DNA of 63,836 nt, the filler included, from Licmophora abbreviata (lineage: Eukaryota): the NCBI GenBank assembly GCA_900291995.1. It is 8 parts of 8 records of this genome, joined end to end, with 100 filler letters (N's around TTAATTAATTAA, not from the genome) between each part and the next. Parts side by side here need not be neighbours in the genome. Positions count along the whole stretch, not along the records: positions 24,114 to 36,419 come from OLMU01000933.1; positions 36,520 to 48,095 come from OLMU01000934.1; 6 more parts are not named here. The stretch is one strand, 5' to 3'. The notes beneath the pieces are model-generated. The model saw nothing but the letters and a program-made list of their open reading frames with translations, was not told the origin of the DNA and did no database searches. Numbering within the stretch: the stretch's first letter is position 1; each line of letters opens with the position of its first letter. The position numbers and the translations under genes are program-made. Below are positions 33,044 to 44,070 of this stretch, in pieces.

Positions 33044-34522
33044 CTAGAATGCATCGCACGGCAAATCGTACTCGGACTTTTGTTGGTCGTTGTAGAGTAG
33101 GTGCGCCAAGTTCGCTTCCTCGTCGCCGAGAGCACACAACAAGGAGAGCCACAAGTCAGCCTTGGGTCTAGGCACGCCCTTGTCGTCGTCTCCGATCCGC
33201 TCGCACATTCCCGTCAGTGCCATGTCCGGTGGTCCCTTGCATGGAAGCCAGTAGCCTCGTTGTATCTCGTCTTCTAGCTGCCCTGGTTCCCAACAAGAGG
33301 CACCCACGTAGAACGAAACATCGTCTGTCGGACGACAGGGGGGATTGTTGTAACTTGTGTAAGGCCACAGTCAATATCTACACCAGCAATGTATTCACAT
33401 GTCCGACGTACCTCGATCTAGATCACCATTTATTACGGCATCGGCTGCCTCCGTCATGTTACCCTGGTAGTAAATGGCTCTGTCGGAATTCATCGCTGTA
33501 CTAGGTACTTCTGACACCTCTTCATTCGACTCGCTCAGTGTCGAGCTTAACACATTCCCACCGATGGGAGGCTGCTCGGGGGATCGTGCGTGAACCATCT
33601 GTAGTGACATGTGTACCGGGCCACCCTCGCGGACTGTACAGTTGCCAAATGCCTTGCTCAGCAGTGGCGGCATGGTCCTCAGCACTTCCTGAAGCGTCTG
33701 TCGCTTGCCATTTGACGGACTCACTCCAATACGATTGACAATAAGTCCATACGTGCCGCCTCCCTTCGTAGAGACAACGTCCGAATGATCAAAAATGCAA
33801 ATCACTGTCCGACGAAAGTATCCCGTCTGTAGGGGATGTGCAATCAAATAGGAGCCGGGGCTCAAATAGGAGGATGCGGGATACAAGGGAAGCGGCTCGA
33901 CATCTCGTGCCGCTTGGCGCCTATTCCGGACTTGGCGTTCCTCCACAGAACGTGTATCCTCTTCCTTTTCTTTCAGCTCTTCCGCCCAGGTGAGTTTCTT
34001 GTTGAGCTCGCGTAATGCAAGAAAGGCTACCTGTTGTCGTGTTGAAGCATCGAATTTGGAATTGTCGTCGCGGAACTCTCGCCGAATAACTCGTTTCAGT
34101 TCCTGTGTCATGACTTCGGACGGATGTTGCATTTGACGAAACCCATCGTTTCCATTTACTACTTCGCGCAACAACCGACGAAACATGACACGATGAGGTG
34201 CCTTGCGTTCCTGGAGATACTCCTCCAAGCCGGATGAGTCCGCCTCTTGTTCGATGATCTCGTCCGCATAACTCTTGGACAAGTCACGAGCTTCTTCTGG
34301 CGACTTCGATACGTGCTTGCTCTTTTCTGTAAGATCCATCTCTTCTTCTTCCTCTACAGTCGGACGTACTTCGTTGTCATCTTGCCAGGAGACCCGGTCG
34401 TCGATCCCTGTACGGTGCAACAGGCACGACATGACTACCGCGTTTTCTGACGGACTAGTGAAGGGTTTGGCTGCTCGCAACAGAGAGCGATACAGTCGAC
34501 AAAGGACCAAGGGATTCGTCAT
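33044..34522 (-). CDS. DUF179/AlgH/YqgE (UPF0301) protein with an N-terminal LYR-like region; intron 33411-33325
   Basis: GSYLIAHP..GYFRRTVI, YGLIVNR, GGPV and FYVGASCWEPGQLEDEIQRGYW. N-terminal LYRSLLRAAKPF. Confidence 0.88.
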
Positions 34523-34949
34523 GGCAAAGTTCACAGCTAACAAGAAGAGAAGGAGGAGGGGATTGTAGTAAACTTTCTTGTACCGGTATCTGTCGGAAGT
34601 TTGTCATGTGTGCTGTCATGGTTCTCACAGTTCACCGCGCCATCCGCGCGCAGCGTCTCTGAACACATCGATGAGAGTGCATGACGAGGGCCACTCTATA
34701 AACCGCTATAACCTCTAAATTCGCCACGATCATCGCGCTCCACCGAAAGGTGGCCTAATTCCGTATAAACGGGGTGTGTTTCGCTGTCAGGGTTATTCTG
34801 GCACATTAGTAGATTGATCCAGTAACACAAGTATAGTGTCTCGACGGGAACTCGAGAGGCGCAGCATATATCCTACAGGTACCCGCGCCATGATGTAGAC
34901 ACATCATGACAGGGAATCGCTCGCTGGTATTAATATAATTTCTACAGTA

Positions 34950-36158
34950 CTACTGATCGTTCTTCAAATAAGCGGCCATCGTCTCATCGTCAAACCAATC
35001 TCCACCCGCCACTGCTGCAGGACTTGTATTTAGCTTGGATTGTCCTAGTGGCGTCAACTGGGATCTTGCTGCAATTCGTGTCAACTCTCGTGGTGCGCCT
35101 TGTTGCCGCGTCGACTGCGACTTGGCCGATTGAACCCGGCGTACCTGCCGACTGACAGGTTCCGGTACTGCCGTTCCTGACATGTTCGTCTTCGGCGCCG
35201 CAGTACTGCTTGGCATGGCTCGCGGTGGCGCACGGGATCGCATCTTTCGCTCTTCCACTCCTGCCGCACCCACAGTCAAGGCAGCATGCTTAACCGCTCG
35301 TAGATTGGTAGGGACATCTTCTCGAATCCTCCACTCAAGCGCCATCACGGGCACGGGTCCCCGCGGTCGTACTTCCACTTCGTACGAGACTACCGTCTCG
35401 ATTTCACCATTGGCACCTCGATGCTCAACGACTCTCCACTCTCCATCGAACTCGCTAAAGAAGGGACTCTCGACACACTTGAATAATACCCTGCGTTCTT
35501 GTGGAAAGAAGGCGTGCTCTTCAACATCCGGAAAGTTGTGTGAATTTGGGGGCACGACAATCTGTTCCTTCATGTCCATGGTCACGGAAGCTCCAAACTC
35601 AAACCCAACAATCTTTTGCGCTCCCTTTTGATACAGGCGACATCGATACTGCCCGTCACCTGGACTACCCATCAGTGGTGAAGTAGTAGCACTTGAACCA
35701 CCTCTGGTACCACTGACGCGGCGAGATTCCACCAAATTCGGAACGTGCGTGGCCAAATGATCGTAATCGCACAGAATGGCCCAGACATCTTGGAGAGGGG
35801 CATTGACTGTGATATCTCCCGCAATACGGCGTGAGTTTGGAGAGGTCCGATCGATCCTTACAGCTACTAGCTCGCACGAGTCCGGACTGTCGTCCATGAG
35901 TCCGCTTTCCGTCTTCTCGTCCGTGCCACCGAACCACCAGACATTCAAAGCGGAAGGGGAAGCGGAGGCGAAAGGAGGAGCGAGTCTTGTCGTTCCTGAC
36001 TGCTTTAAGAGGGTGTTCGGCACAACAAAGGCGTGCGAGCACGTCATTTGGCGGCATGCCAAGAGCAATGTCGTCGCCACGCAAAGAAAGGAACAGGAAC
36101 TTGAAGCAGCTATCCTCATTTCGGTGCTACAGTCTCTTCTCGGTCTCCGCCGGTCCAT
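34950..36158 (-). CDS. START/SRPBCC (polyketide cyclase/COQ10-like) lipid-binding protein, probably plastid-targeted
   Basis: I.V.APL.DVW.IL.DYD.L...VPNL, F..F.GEW and IREDVPTNL.AV. Presequence ..SHA-FVVP. Confidence 0.88.
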   Translation of the reverse strand: MDRRRPRRDCSTEMRIAASSSCSFLCVATTLLLACRQMTCSHAFVVPNTLLKQSGTTRLAPPFASASPSALNVWWFGGTDEKTESGLMDDSPDSCELVAVRIDRTSPNSRRIAGDITVNAPLQDVWAILCDYDHLATHVPNLVESRRVSGTRGGSSATTSPLMGSPGDGQYRCRLYQKGAQKIVGFEFGASVTMDMKEQIVVPPNSHNFPDVEEHAFFPQERRVLFKCVESPFFSEFDGEWRVVEHRGANGEIETVVSYEVEVRPRGPVPVMALEWRIREDVPTNLRAVKHAALTVGAAGVEERKMRSRAPPRAMPSSTAAPKTNMSGTAVPEPVSRQVRRVQSAKSQSTRQQGAPRELTRIAARSQLTPLGQSKLNTSPAAVAGGDWFDDETMAAYLKNDQ

Positions 36159-36806
36159 GTTTTGTAATATTTGAGGTCAAACTTTGCTTCGTAGACTACC
36201 GACTGACTGTATCGGGCTTTCTTGACAGCTGCAAGAGTGTCAAGAAACGCTGACGAGACGGGCACACTGTGCTGTTCTTCGAGAACAAGAGTGAGAAAAA
36301 CTTGAAGCCTGCTTGTCAAAGCCTCGTCTCCTCATCTCCCTCCTTTCTTCCGCGTCATCGCGTGGCTGCTGGAGGGATAATAACCTATCAGATGACCCTG
36401 TCCGCCAGTCGTCGAATTCNNNNNNNNNNNNNNNNNNNNNNNNNNNNNNNNNNNNNNNNNNNNTTAATTAATTAANNNNNNNNNNNNNNNNNNNNNNNNN
36501 NNNNNNNNNNNNNNNNNNNAATCGTCAGGTGGTTTTCGAGTTTGTGATTGGCTGGCAGTGTCGCAGAAGACATTTCACTTCATCTGACGTGGAGATCTGT
36601 GTGTCGCGCTGTCTTTGTGTTGAGTGATGACGAGGCGGGACTGACGAGGCCCATGAGAGTGTCTGTCTCCGTGATCCAATCATCAAACGTGTCGTCTGTC
36701 TCGGGCGGAATAGTCTAAACGTGGTAGGATTTCCTCGTCGCTTATTATTACCTAGGGTCTAGCTACCGGATCTGGAAAGCCAGTTAGGACGGCAGCACTG
36801 ATATCT

Positions 36807-38558
36807 CTAGATTATGCTACTTGTCTTACTCTCTGAGTTTGTAGCTGTCTTGCGCATTTTGAAACGAACTCGTCGTAGTTGACGAACTATTTCGAAGATA
36901 TCAATACGCTTGTCCGGATCCTTCTCCCAACACGCTTGCATTAGCTTGATGAGTTCTCCTTCAGCATAACTCCGTGTCAGGTATCGCTTGTCGATATAGG
37001 GACGTATGCCCTTTCGGACTTTCTTGAAGCCGTCCCAGTTGTCCCAGTAGTAGGGACGAAGACCCGTCAACAGACCGTAGAACTGACAGCCCAAGCTCCA
37101 AACGTCGATCTTTTCGTCTTGGGGCAAATCTAGCTGCTCCTCTGGTGCACGATACTGGAAGCATAGAACGCGTTTTGAGAAAGCGTGTCACAGCAGAGTT
37201 GCACTCAAGTAGGCGACGAGCAACTTATGAACACTTACAAATCCAAAGCCTCGGCCGTCGTCTGTCTTGCAGAAGCCCTCTCGCTCGATGTCCCAATCCA
37301 AAATGAGAGCACGGTTAAAGTCCCCAAGTATAATGTTACCTTCAGCAGTCTTCAACCACTGGTCGGGAGTCATGTCGTCGTGAATGATTACACCGCCTTT
37401 GTATCCGTGCAAATCCGCAATTGCTTCGGACATGGCCAGGGCATAATCAATCTTCTGCGTTGCAGTGAGATTATTCAGCGGGTTCACATCTTCCTTGTCG
37501 TGCAAGTCTCGTACGTTGATGTAAGCCTCTTGTTCTTTCTCGTCAAATGGGTCTCGCAGAAGAAACTCAAGTTGCAACTGACCAACAGCCGGAGCCACCG
37601 ACACAGAGCCCGCACAGGCACCATGAATATTGACGATACGGGGTGACGAGGCCAAGGCAATCATCACGGATGCATCTCGATGAACCTTATTAATGTATTC
37701 ATCGTTCAAGTCATGCTTCCATCGTGTTGTCTTCAGAACAAGAGGATCGGAACCGTCAAGAGGCAGTACCTTCCAAACGTCGCGAAAGTAGCCGTGCGAA
37801 AACATGTGAACGTCAAAATTGGGCACGTCATCGCTATCAAGTCGTTGTATATCAATCTCATGAAACGCATTGCAGTTGCAATAATATATGTTGCGGAAGC
37901 TGGGACGCTGGCATTCGTCGTATTCGAGCTCGTCGTCGTGATACTCTTCAATGTAGACCCGCTCCTCCTCGTACTCGTGAAGCATTTCTTCTCGATATTC
38001 CTCAAATTCTTCTTCGTCGTTCGGACGAATGTAGCGGCGAAATTCATTTGATGGGGCATCTTGTAACGAGTGTCCCTTCATACGAATACCATCATAATCG
38101 GGCCAATCAGCCAGTTTTGTGTGCTCGAGTGGTTTGAGAGTCGAGATTGCCGGGAAGGGCAGTCGAGAAGCCGGGCGAGCGGATGCCTGGAACATGGCCA
38201 AAAATATTGGTTGACTCTGTGGTCTCATCGGCACTAAAATAAACAGCTGAATTGAGTACAAAAAGAACAGAAGGGGTGCTGCAGCCCATAGCAGACCGAG
38301 GCGTCGCCAACATGCTCGAGGTCGACCAGTTTGTGCGTGCGTCTCGTCGCCGCCACTGCTCAGCCGTGTTGAAAGGTGCCCACATGTCTGTCCGCCTGGG
38401 CCCGATGCTGTACTGCTCCAAAATAGTCGTTTTCGCATTCTTGGCTGTGCCTTGCCACCCAGCTTATCGGTGGCATTTCCTCCGACCGCCCCTCGTACCC
38501 CAATACCATCGGAATCTCTGGTCTTGGAAGGCCGGTCGGTCAACCGTCTCCGATGCAT
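36807..38558 (-). CDS. Type II membrane atypical protein kinase, copy 1; intron 37238-37155
   Basis: TM LGLLWAAAPLLFFLYSIQLFILV; SHGYFRDVW, VLK, HDDMTPDQWL, DFNRA, |YRAPEE, DVWSLG and CW..DPDKR. Confidence 0.88.
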
Positions 38559-38867
38559 CCTTTACGTCAATCTCCTGGAGCCAATTTTGTTACCCCTTCT
38601 AATCGTTGACTTTGGTCTGTCTTGTGGCACTCGGAAGCTCTTTTGCCGCCGTTCATCGCCGCATAAATCCCATAGTTGGAGAGACGACCGTGATGCGGTC
38701 GAGAAAATGGGTCATAATGATGACCTTTGATATTTCTGGAATGAAGTTGCGCGCCAAAACCCATTCGATCATGCGGCAAGCTACTGGTACCCCAGGTTCC
38801 TAGACTATGTAGACTGCACACGATTTGACTCTAGGCTCTACTTCCTAGCTTACATAAATGGCATTCA

Positions 38868-40543
38868 TTAACTCCCGTTATTCGCCATGTTCTGACGATG
38901 GATTGCTTGGATGTCTCGAAGCATGTTCAACACCTCAAAAATATCAGGTCGCTCGTCCCGATTGTGTGTCCAGCACTTCTCCATTACCTTTACAAGTTCT
39001 CTTTCGACATATGTACCGTTCCTGAAAGCTATGTCTAGGTAAGATAAGTCACCCTTTTGGGCTCGCTTTCTTGCGCTTTCCAGTTGGAGCTCAGGATAGA
39101 CGCGTAGACCAGTGATCAAGGCGTAGATGTGCCCGCCGAATTGGTAGGTGTTGATCTTTTCGTCGTTGGGTATCCCTTCATCAATTTCGGGGGCATCGTA
39201 CTGAGGCGGACGGCATCGGCATATGTGAGATCATCCTTACGTGTACAAAATTCACTAGCTCTCAGTTTACTTACGTAGTTTCCTCTTCTCCCGTCTCGGA
39301 TTCGACAATACTCGTTCTCTTCAACATTCCAATCGAGCACAAACGCCCGGTTGAAATCACTGAGCACGAGCTGACCATCGCGCCTTCGCAGCCACTGGTC
39401 CGGCATCAAGTCGTCGTGCACAATCACTCCCCCGTTGTACCCATTCAAATCTGCAATGACTTCAGCAATCTCCACCGATGTGTCCATCTTCTCGGTTATT
39501 GTCAGGTTGTTCTCTGATCGCACATCTCCCTTGACATCAAGTCCCGGAATGAGGTTCATATCTTGGTACTTTGTCGCGCGATATCGAGGTATCCATATGT
39601 CCAACATGTTGGTTTCTATTGGCTCGACTGTCAATGACCCTGAACATGCACCCAGAATGTTAACTATTCGAGGCGAGTCCAGCATGGCAGTCATGATGAG
39701 GCCATCCTTGCGAATCATGGCAAGAAAGTCCAAGTCAAGGTCGTGCCGAGCCCTCGCTGTTTTTAGAACAAGCGGTGGCCCAGTCTGATTATTCGATACC
39801 ATCCAAACATCACGAAAGTGGCCATGACCAAAGAACTGACTGTCAAAGTTTGGCACGGCATCATCAACCGATCGCTCCAAGTCAATCTCGTGAAAGTTGT
39901 TGCAGACCGGATAGTACATGTCTCGCCAAGAGGGCCGTTGACATGCCGAGTACTCTAGTTCGTCAGTATAATAGTTGTCTTCATCCTCTGACTCTTGATC
40001 CATTCTCTTGAGTTGTTTTCGTCGAACAAGATTGTATCGCAAGTCGTCCATTTTGAATATTGTTCGACCAAACTCCCCGTTGGCGGCAGTATCCTGACTT
40101 TGTGGTGAGTCTCGCAAATTGAGAAACGCATAGTCTGGTAGCTCGGCCCTTTGCCTTTCCAAGTCAGATGCGTACGTGATAGGGGGCAAATCTGGGGCAG
40201 ATGTATGTTCTACAGAGTCGGCACGAGTTCGTATGAGAAGTGGAATCAGGTGACGTGTGCCAAACTCGTCAACAGATGCCATCACGCCGCTACTGGTAGG
40301 CATTCTAGACTTTCGAAACATCTCGCACGCTGACGCGCCAATCAAGAAAAGTAAGAAGCACCTTGCCCTTTGACATTGACTCATCCACGACCTGCATTGC
40401 TTAGGAAAAGATGTGTTCTTGTGATGACTGGGTCCAACTTCATCGTCGTCCATAGGAACTCTTTCCATCAGTTGGGATGACTCAATGACTTGTTGTAGCG
40501 TCGCCACCGATGATGATGTTGCGATCTGCCGTCGTCGAAACAT
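38868..40543 (-). CDS. Type II membrane atypical protein kinase, copy 2 (tandem paralogue); intron 39274-39201
   Basis: GHGHFRDVW, VLK, HDDLMPDQWL, DFNRA, |YDAPE and CW.H.RDERP. Same Cys pattern and intron position as copy 1. Confidence 0.88.
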
Positions 40544-41065
40544 TGCCGCTGATGATCTCTCGCCAATACTGACCTGTTCATCGCATGGGAATGAAAGTTT
40601 CGGCCGTCGTTCGCTTTTCTAACGAAAGATCACTTCGTCGTGAAGCGGTCATCGCCATGCTTTGATGTGTTGTGTGTCGATTTTCGATTTCATCCCGAGT
40701 CCATGATGGCGTCATCCGTGACTGGGGCAATTTCGTGGCTGTGGAACGACGAAGGGCAGACTTTTGTAGCAAAAGGTTATACCGAAACATTCCTCGAGAC
40801 TTTTGGGCCCTCCTGCATTTTGTAAGTTGCCGTATGAATACCGTATAGCAATCGCACAGACAACAGCAAGGGGAGTCGGAAGCGGAAGAGTGGAAAGGCA
40901 ATTGCACGAAAGCGGCGCTCGATCGACGCCAATATCATTCTACCTCGAGCATATGTGGCGGTGCTTATTTGGACGAGTAGATCTCTCATCTAGTGCGCGT
41001 CTATAGTGCGTAAATATGTACATGGGATATATATTGCTAATGTGCTCTCTATTTTCCATCCTAGA

Positions 41066-42218
41066 CTATTCCAATGTTGGGTCGTCCGAGAGGAAGTGCA
41101 CAGGAATATAGTAAGTGAAGAATCCGACCCCGTCCGGATGCAACAAAACATGAAGTACCAACATTTCATTGTCCACCATGCACAGCATTGCATGATTGAC
41201 TGTCTTGGCCATGGACGATCCTTGCCATTGCAAACAGGCAGCTAGCTTTTTCGTGTCCACCTTGAGCGTACAGGTCTGCGTGGCATCGTCTGGTGATTTG
41301 CAGTCGTCAAAACGAGGTACGAGCTGACTGAAAAAGGTACGAACCGCAGCACCGTCGCTATCGATACGTAGTGTGAGCTCTCCTGCCATGGAGCCTTCCA
41401 TATACACTGAAAAAGATGAAGTTGTAGGTTGAGGTCACCACAGAGACATGTCATTCCACGGTCGACTTCATGCTTGCACGTACCACTAGGACTGATCGAT
41501 TTGAGTCGCTCGACGACTGTGCGCAGGGGGCGTTCTGCAGAAAGCTCCAGCTGAACAGTGGGAAGATTGATTTGTGGGGGAAGGTGATATCTGACAATGA
41601 GGGACAAGGCGACACGAAGGATGAGGCCAGCCATGGGTCGTCGTGCGCAAGGACACACGCACACAACGAAGCTATACATCAGCAGAGGAAGCATCACACC
41701 AGCATCACTCACTGCATATCCTTGGATCTCATGATACGAATCGGAATAGCATGGTGAACATCGACGGATCCCCCGGCACAGGACGAATCCAGACACAGAC
41801 AAGGCTGTCCTCCGTGTCGCTTGGCCAGTTTCATGACAGTCGTGGACGTTTCGATGTGACCTACGAGTGCGGATGATGGTTGCGATGGATCATTCTCATC
41901 TGTGACGTCCTTGCGCTTACGAGAAGACGCGTCCCCTCCCAGTACACTCTGAAGAGCCGTTCTCCACAGTACAAGGTCGATCTCAAAGGCAATTTTGTTT
42001 TCGTCGGCGCTTTGAATGCGATGCTGCAGAAAAATGCCGCCGAGCGTCTTGAGCTCGGCGTAGCAGGCGATTCCGTCTCCGCCGCTGTCTCGCGTCGATA
42101 AGCGAATGAAATCTTCGTCCAAGTACAAGACTGCTTGAGACGTCAAGCGGGAGATCGGTCCGATTAAGGAATATAGAAGCTCGACGTGCTGGTGCGCTAG
42201 TTTCGCCTTGAATCTCAT
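41066..42218 (-). CDS. HUS1: HUS1 subunit of the 9-1-1 checkpoint clamp; introns 41712-41591 and 41483-41407
   Basis: MRFKAK, F..HRIQS...N.I.FEID, HAIPIRI, P....P.V.L.L..LRTVVERLK.IS, G.LTL.I.SD...V.TFF, VDTKKL and TYYIP. Confidence 0.88.
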
Positions 42219-42412
42219 GGTGTAATGATGCGTGTCGCGTTTTGTGAGAACGCAGAACCATAAAAATGGCGGCGCGGCTCGTTTTGAGTCGAAGGATTCG
42301 CACCGAAAGTGTTGCGTTCTATATTGCGAGTAGTCTAGATGAGGAAAGTAGATAGATGTACTTGCGACGCAACGACGACGTAGCTTTACTAACCTGACAC
42401 TCACTCTGTGGA

Positions 42413-43696
42413 TTATCGTTTGATCTCGCTATGCTCCTTTCGTTTCAGGATTCCACGTGCGACGACAGCCAGAATCATCGATAGCACCAAGCAATACACG
42501 AGCTTTGACATGTTCACGTAGCTCATTCTCGGCATTCCAATTTCCGATCCACACTCGTCGGATGAAAGTGTCGACTGTCCACAGCGTGTTCGCAGCACAC
42601 TGAGTAAAGCATTCCCATTCAGTGCGACGTTGTCGACGGCAAACAGTGAGATGGAGCTAAAGTTGCCATTGTGTATGAGCTTAACCATTGCCGCGTTCAC
42701 CTGCGACTGTCGATTGTCATTAAGTAGCGTCGACAAGTGTGTAATCCCCATGGCGGCCGAGTATGTGTCAATCTGCCACAAAGCTTGAATTTCATTGAAC
42801 GGAGTTTCCTCCAAACTGACAGGCGGTCCCAGTGTGTATGCATCGTCGGTCGCTTCGTTGTTGGCGCTCGCCAAGACGTACTCTGTCAAAACCGAAAGCG
42901 GTATTGACTTACGGCCGTTTGTACACTTGATGTTGGGGTTCAAATTTTGAGGATAACACGTGACGATGTCATCTTCAACCCAGTTGGATTTGCCGCAGAA
43001 CGAAGTGGAATAGTCCTGTCCGTCGAGGGCCATCAAATATCCACCGTCTGACGGTAGTGCCGCAAGCTCCATGGTTTCAGCCACTGTCAAGCCATAGACA
43101 GATCCACAATCATAGTATGGGACATTGTAGCTCGCGTATATGGACGCCATGGCATTGACTGCCCTATACTGATAGTCACCCCCATCCGAAGAGTCTTCGT
43201 ACGACGACGCAGACGACGAGTCCTCGTACGCCATGTGCGACGGAAGAATCAAGACTAGCTCGTCCGGATTGTCGTTGCACCACCGCACAGCATCCGATAG
43301 TAGTTGTTGGTAGGAAACATTTATAGTAATGTCGCCATGCTGAAATACGACCGTCCCGTCGGTCAACAGCTTGGGTCGCAAATCCAATGCCCGAGCGCCG
43401 TCATTGAGCTGATCGTAGACCGTTCCGATCTGAGTCTTGGCATACGACGCTGTGAGAGCGCCTCCCGAGAGCTTGTTCGACTGTATGTATCCCGAAGCGG
43501 CATCGTGGCTCATGAGAAAGGAGGCAGACGACAGGAGCTGCGAGGTATCCATTGGTGGAACGTAGCAATCGGGAAATTGAAACTGGACTCGGTCTTGTCG
43601 TCGACATGGTTTTCGTTCGAAGCCAGATACAATCGCAACGAGGAATAACAATCGGGTCAGTGGATAAGTAGATATATTGTTGTGGTGGCGACCCAT
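42413..43696 (-). CDS. PI-PLC X-domain (PLC-like phosphodiesterase) with signal peptide and C-terminal TM
   Basis: MSHDAASG, AKTQ..TVYDQLNDGARALDLRP, FQHG and NPDELVLI. TM LVYCLVLSMILAVVA followed by basic residues. Confidence 0.82.
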   Translation of the reverse strand: MGRHHNNISTYPLTRLLFLVAIVSGFERKPCRRQDRVQFQFPDCYVPPMDTSQLLSSASFLMSHDAASGYIQSNKLSGGALTASYAKTQIGTVYDQLNDGARALDLRPKLLTDGTVVFQHGDITINVSYQQLLSDAVRWCNDNPDELVLILPSHMAYEDSSSASSYEDSSDGGDYQYRAVNAMASIYASYNVPYYDCGSVYGLTVAETMELAALPSDGGYLMALDGQDYSTSFCGKSNWVEDDIVTCYPQNLNPNIKCTNGRKSIPLSVLTEYVLASANNEATDDAYTLGPPVSLEETPFNEIQALWQIDTYSAAMGITHLSTLLNDNRQSQVNAAMVKLIHNGNFSSISLFAVDNVALNGNALLSVLRTRCGQSTLSSDECGSEIGMPRMSYVNMSKLVYCLVLSMILAVVARGILKRKEHSEIKR

Positions 43697-44070
43697 CAGA
43701 GCAGCTGCCGAGCGACAACATCAACAACGACCGCAACGGTGATAATGCGCTTGTTTTTGTTTTTGCCATGGTCGAATCGAAGCCGATTCGAAAGAGTCGA
43801 GTCAGTCGAATCATTCCAGTGCGATTGTCATCGTTGTCATTGGTATGTCAGTTTTGAGTTTTGGCGGGAACGTTGGATTTCGGAATGTTTGGAATTTGAA
43901 ACAGAGATTCCCTCCAAAACGACGGCGTGGCGCGCCACATTTTCAATTTTGCACTTCTTTCTTGTGTTCTCAATTCGATCCCATGGTTGTGTTTCATGCT
44001 GTGTGCACAGTGTGTTGAGGACGACATCAGCAGGAGCGTTTTGCTGCGTTGAACTCGTCACGACGACGCG

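Noticed and set aside
28160..36158. Biosynthetic cluster (2OG dioxygenase plus 'polyketide cyclase' domain)
   Set aside because: There is no PKS, NRPS or terpene core gene, the START-fold protein is a common plastid type, and the neighbours are housekeeping genes.
36620..36680. TGATGA...CTGA as a C/D snoRNA
   Set aside because: Box spacing is too short, and there is no terminal stem or recognisable rRNA guide.
41709..41714. In-frame TGA after MQ in HUS1 as a premature stop or selenocysteine (similarly the TGA at 26954 in the LHC gene)
   Set aside because: The TGA is part of a GTGAGT splice donor, and splicing restores the frame.
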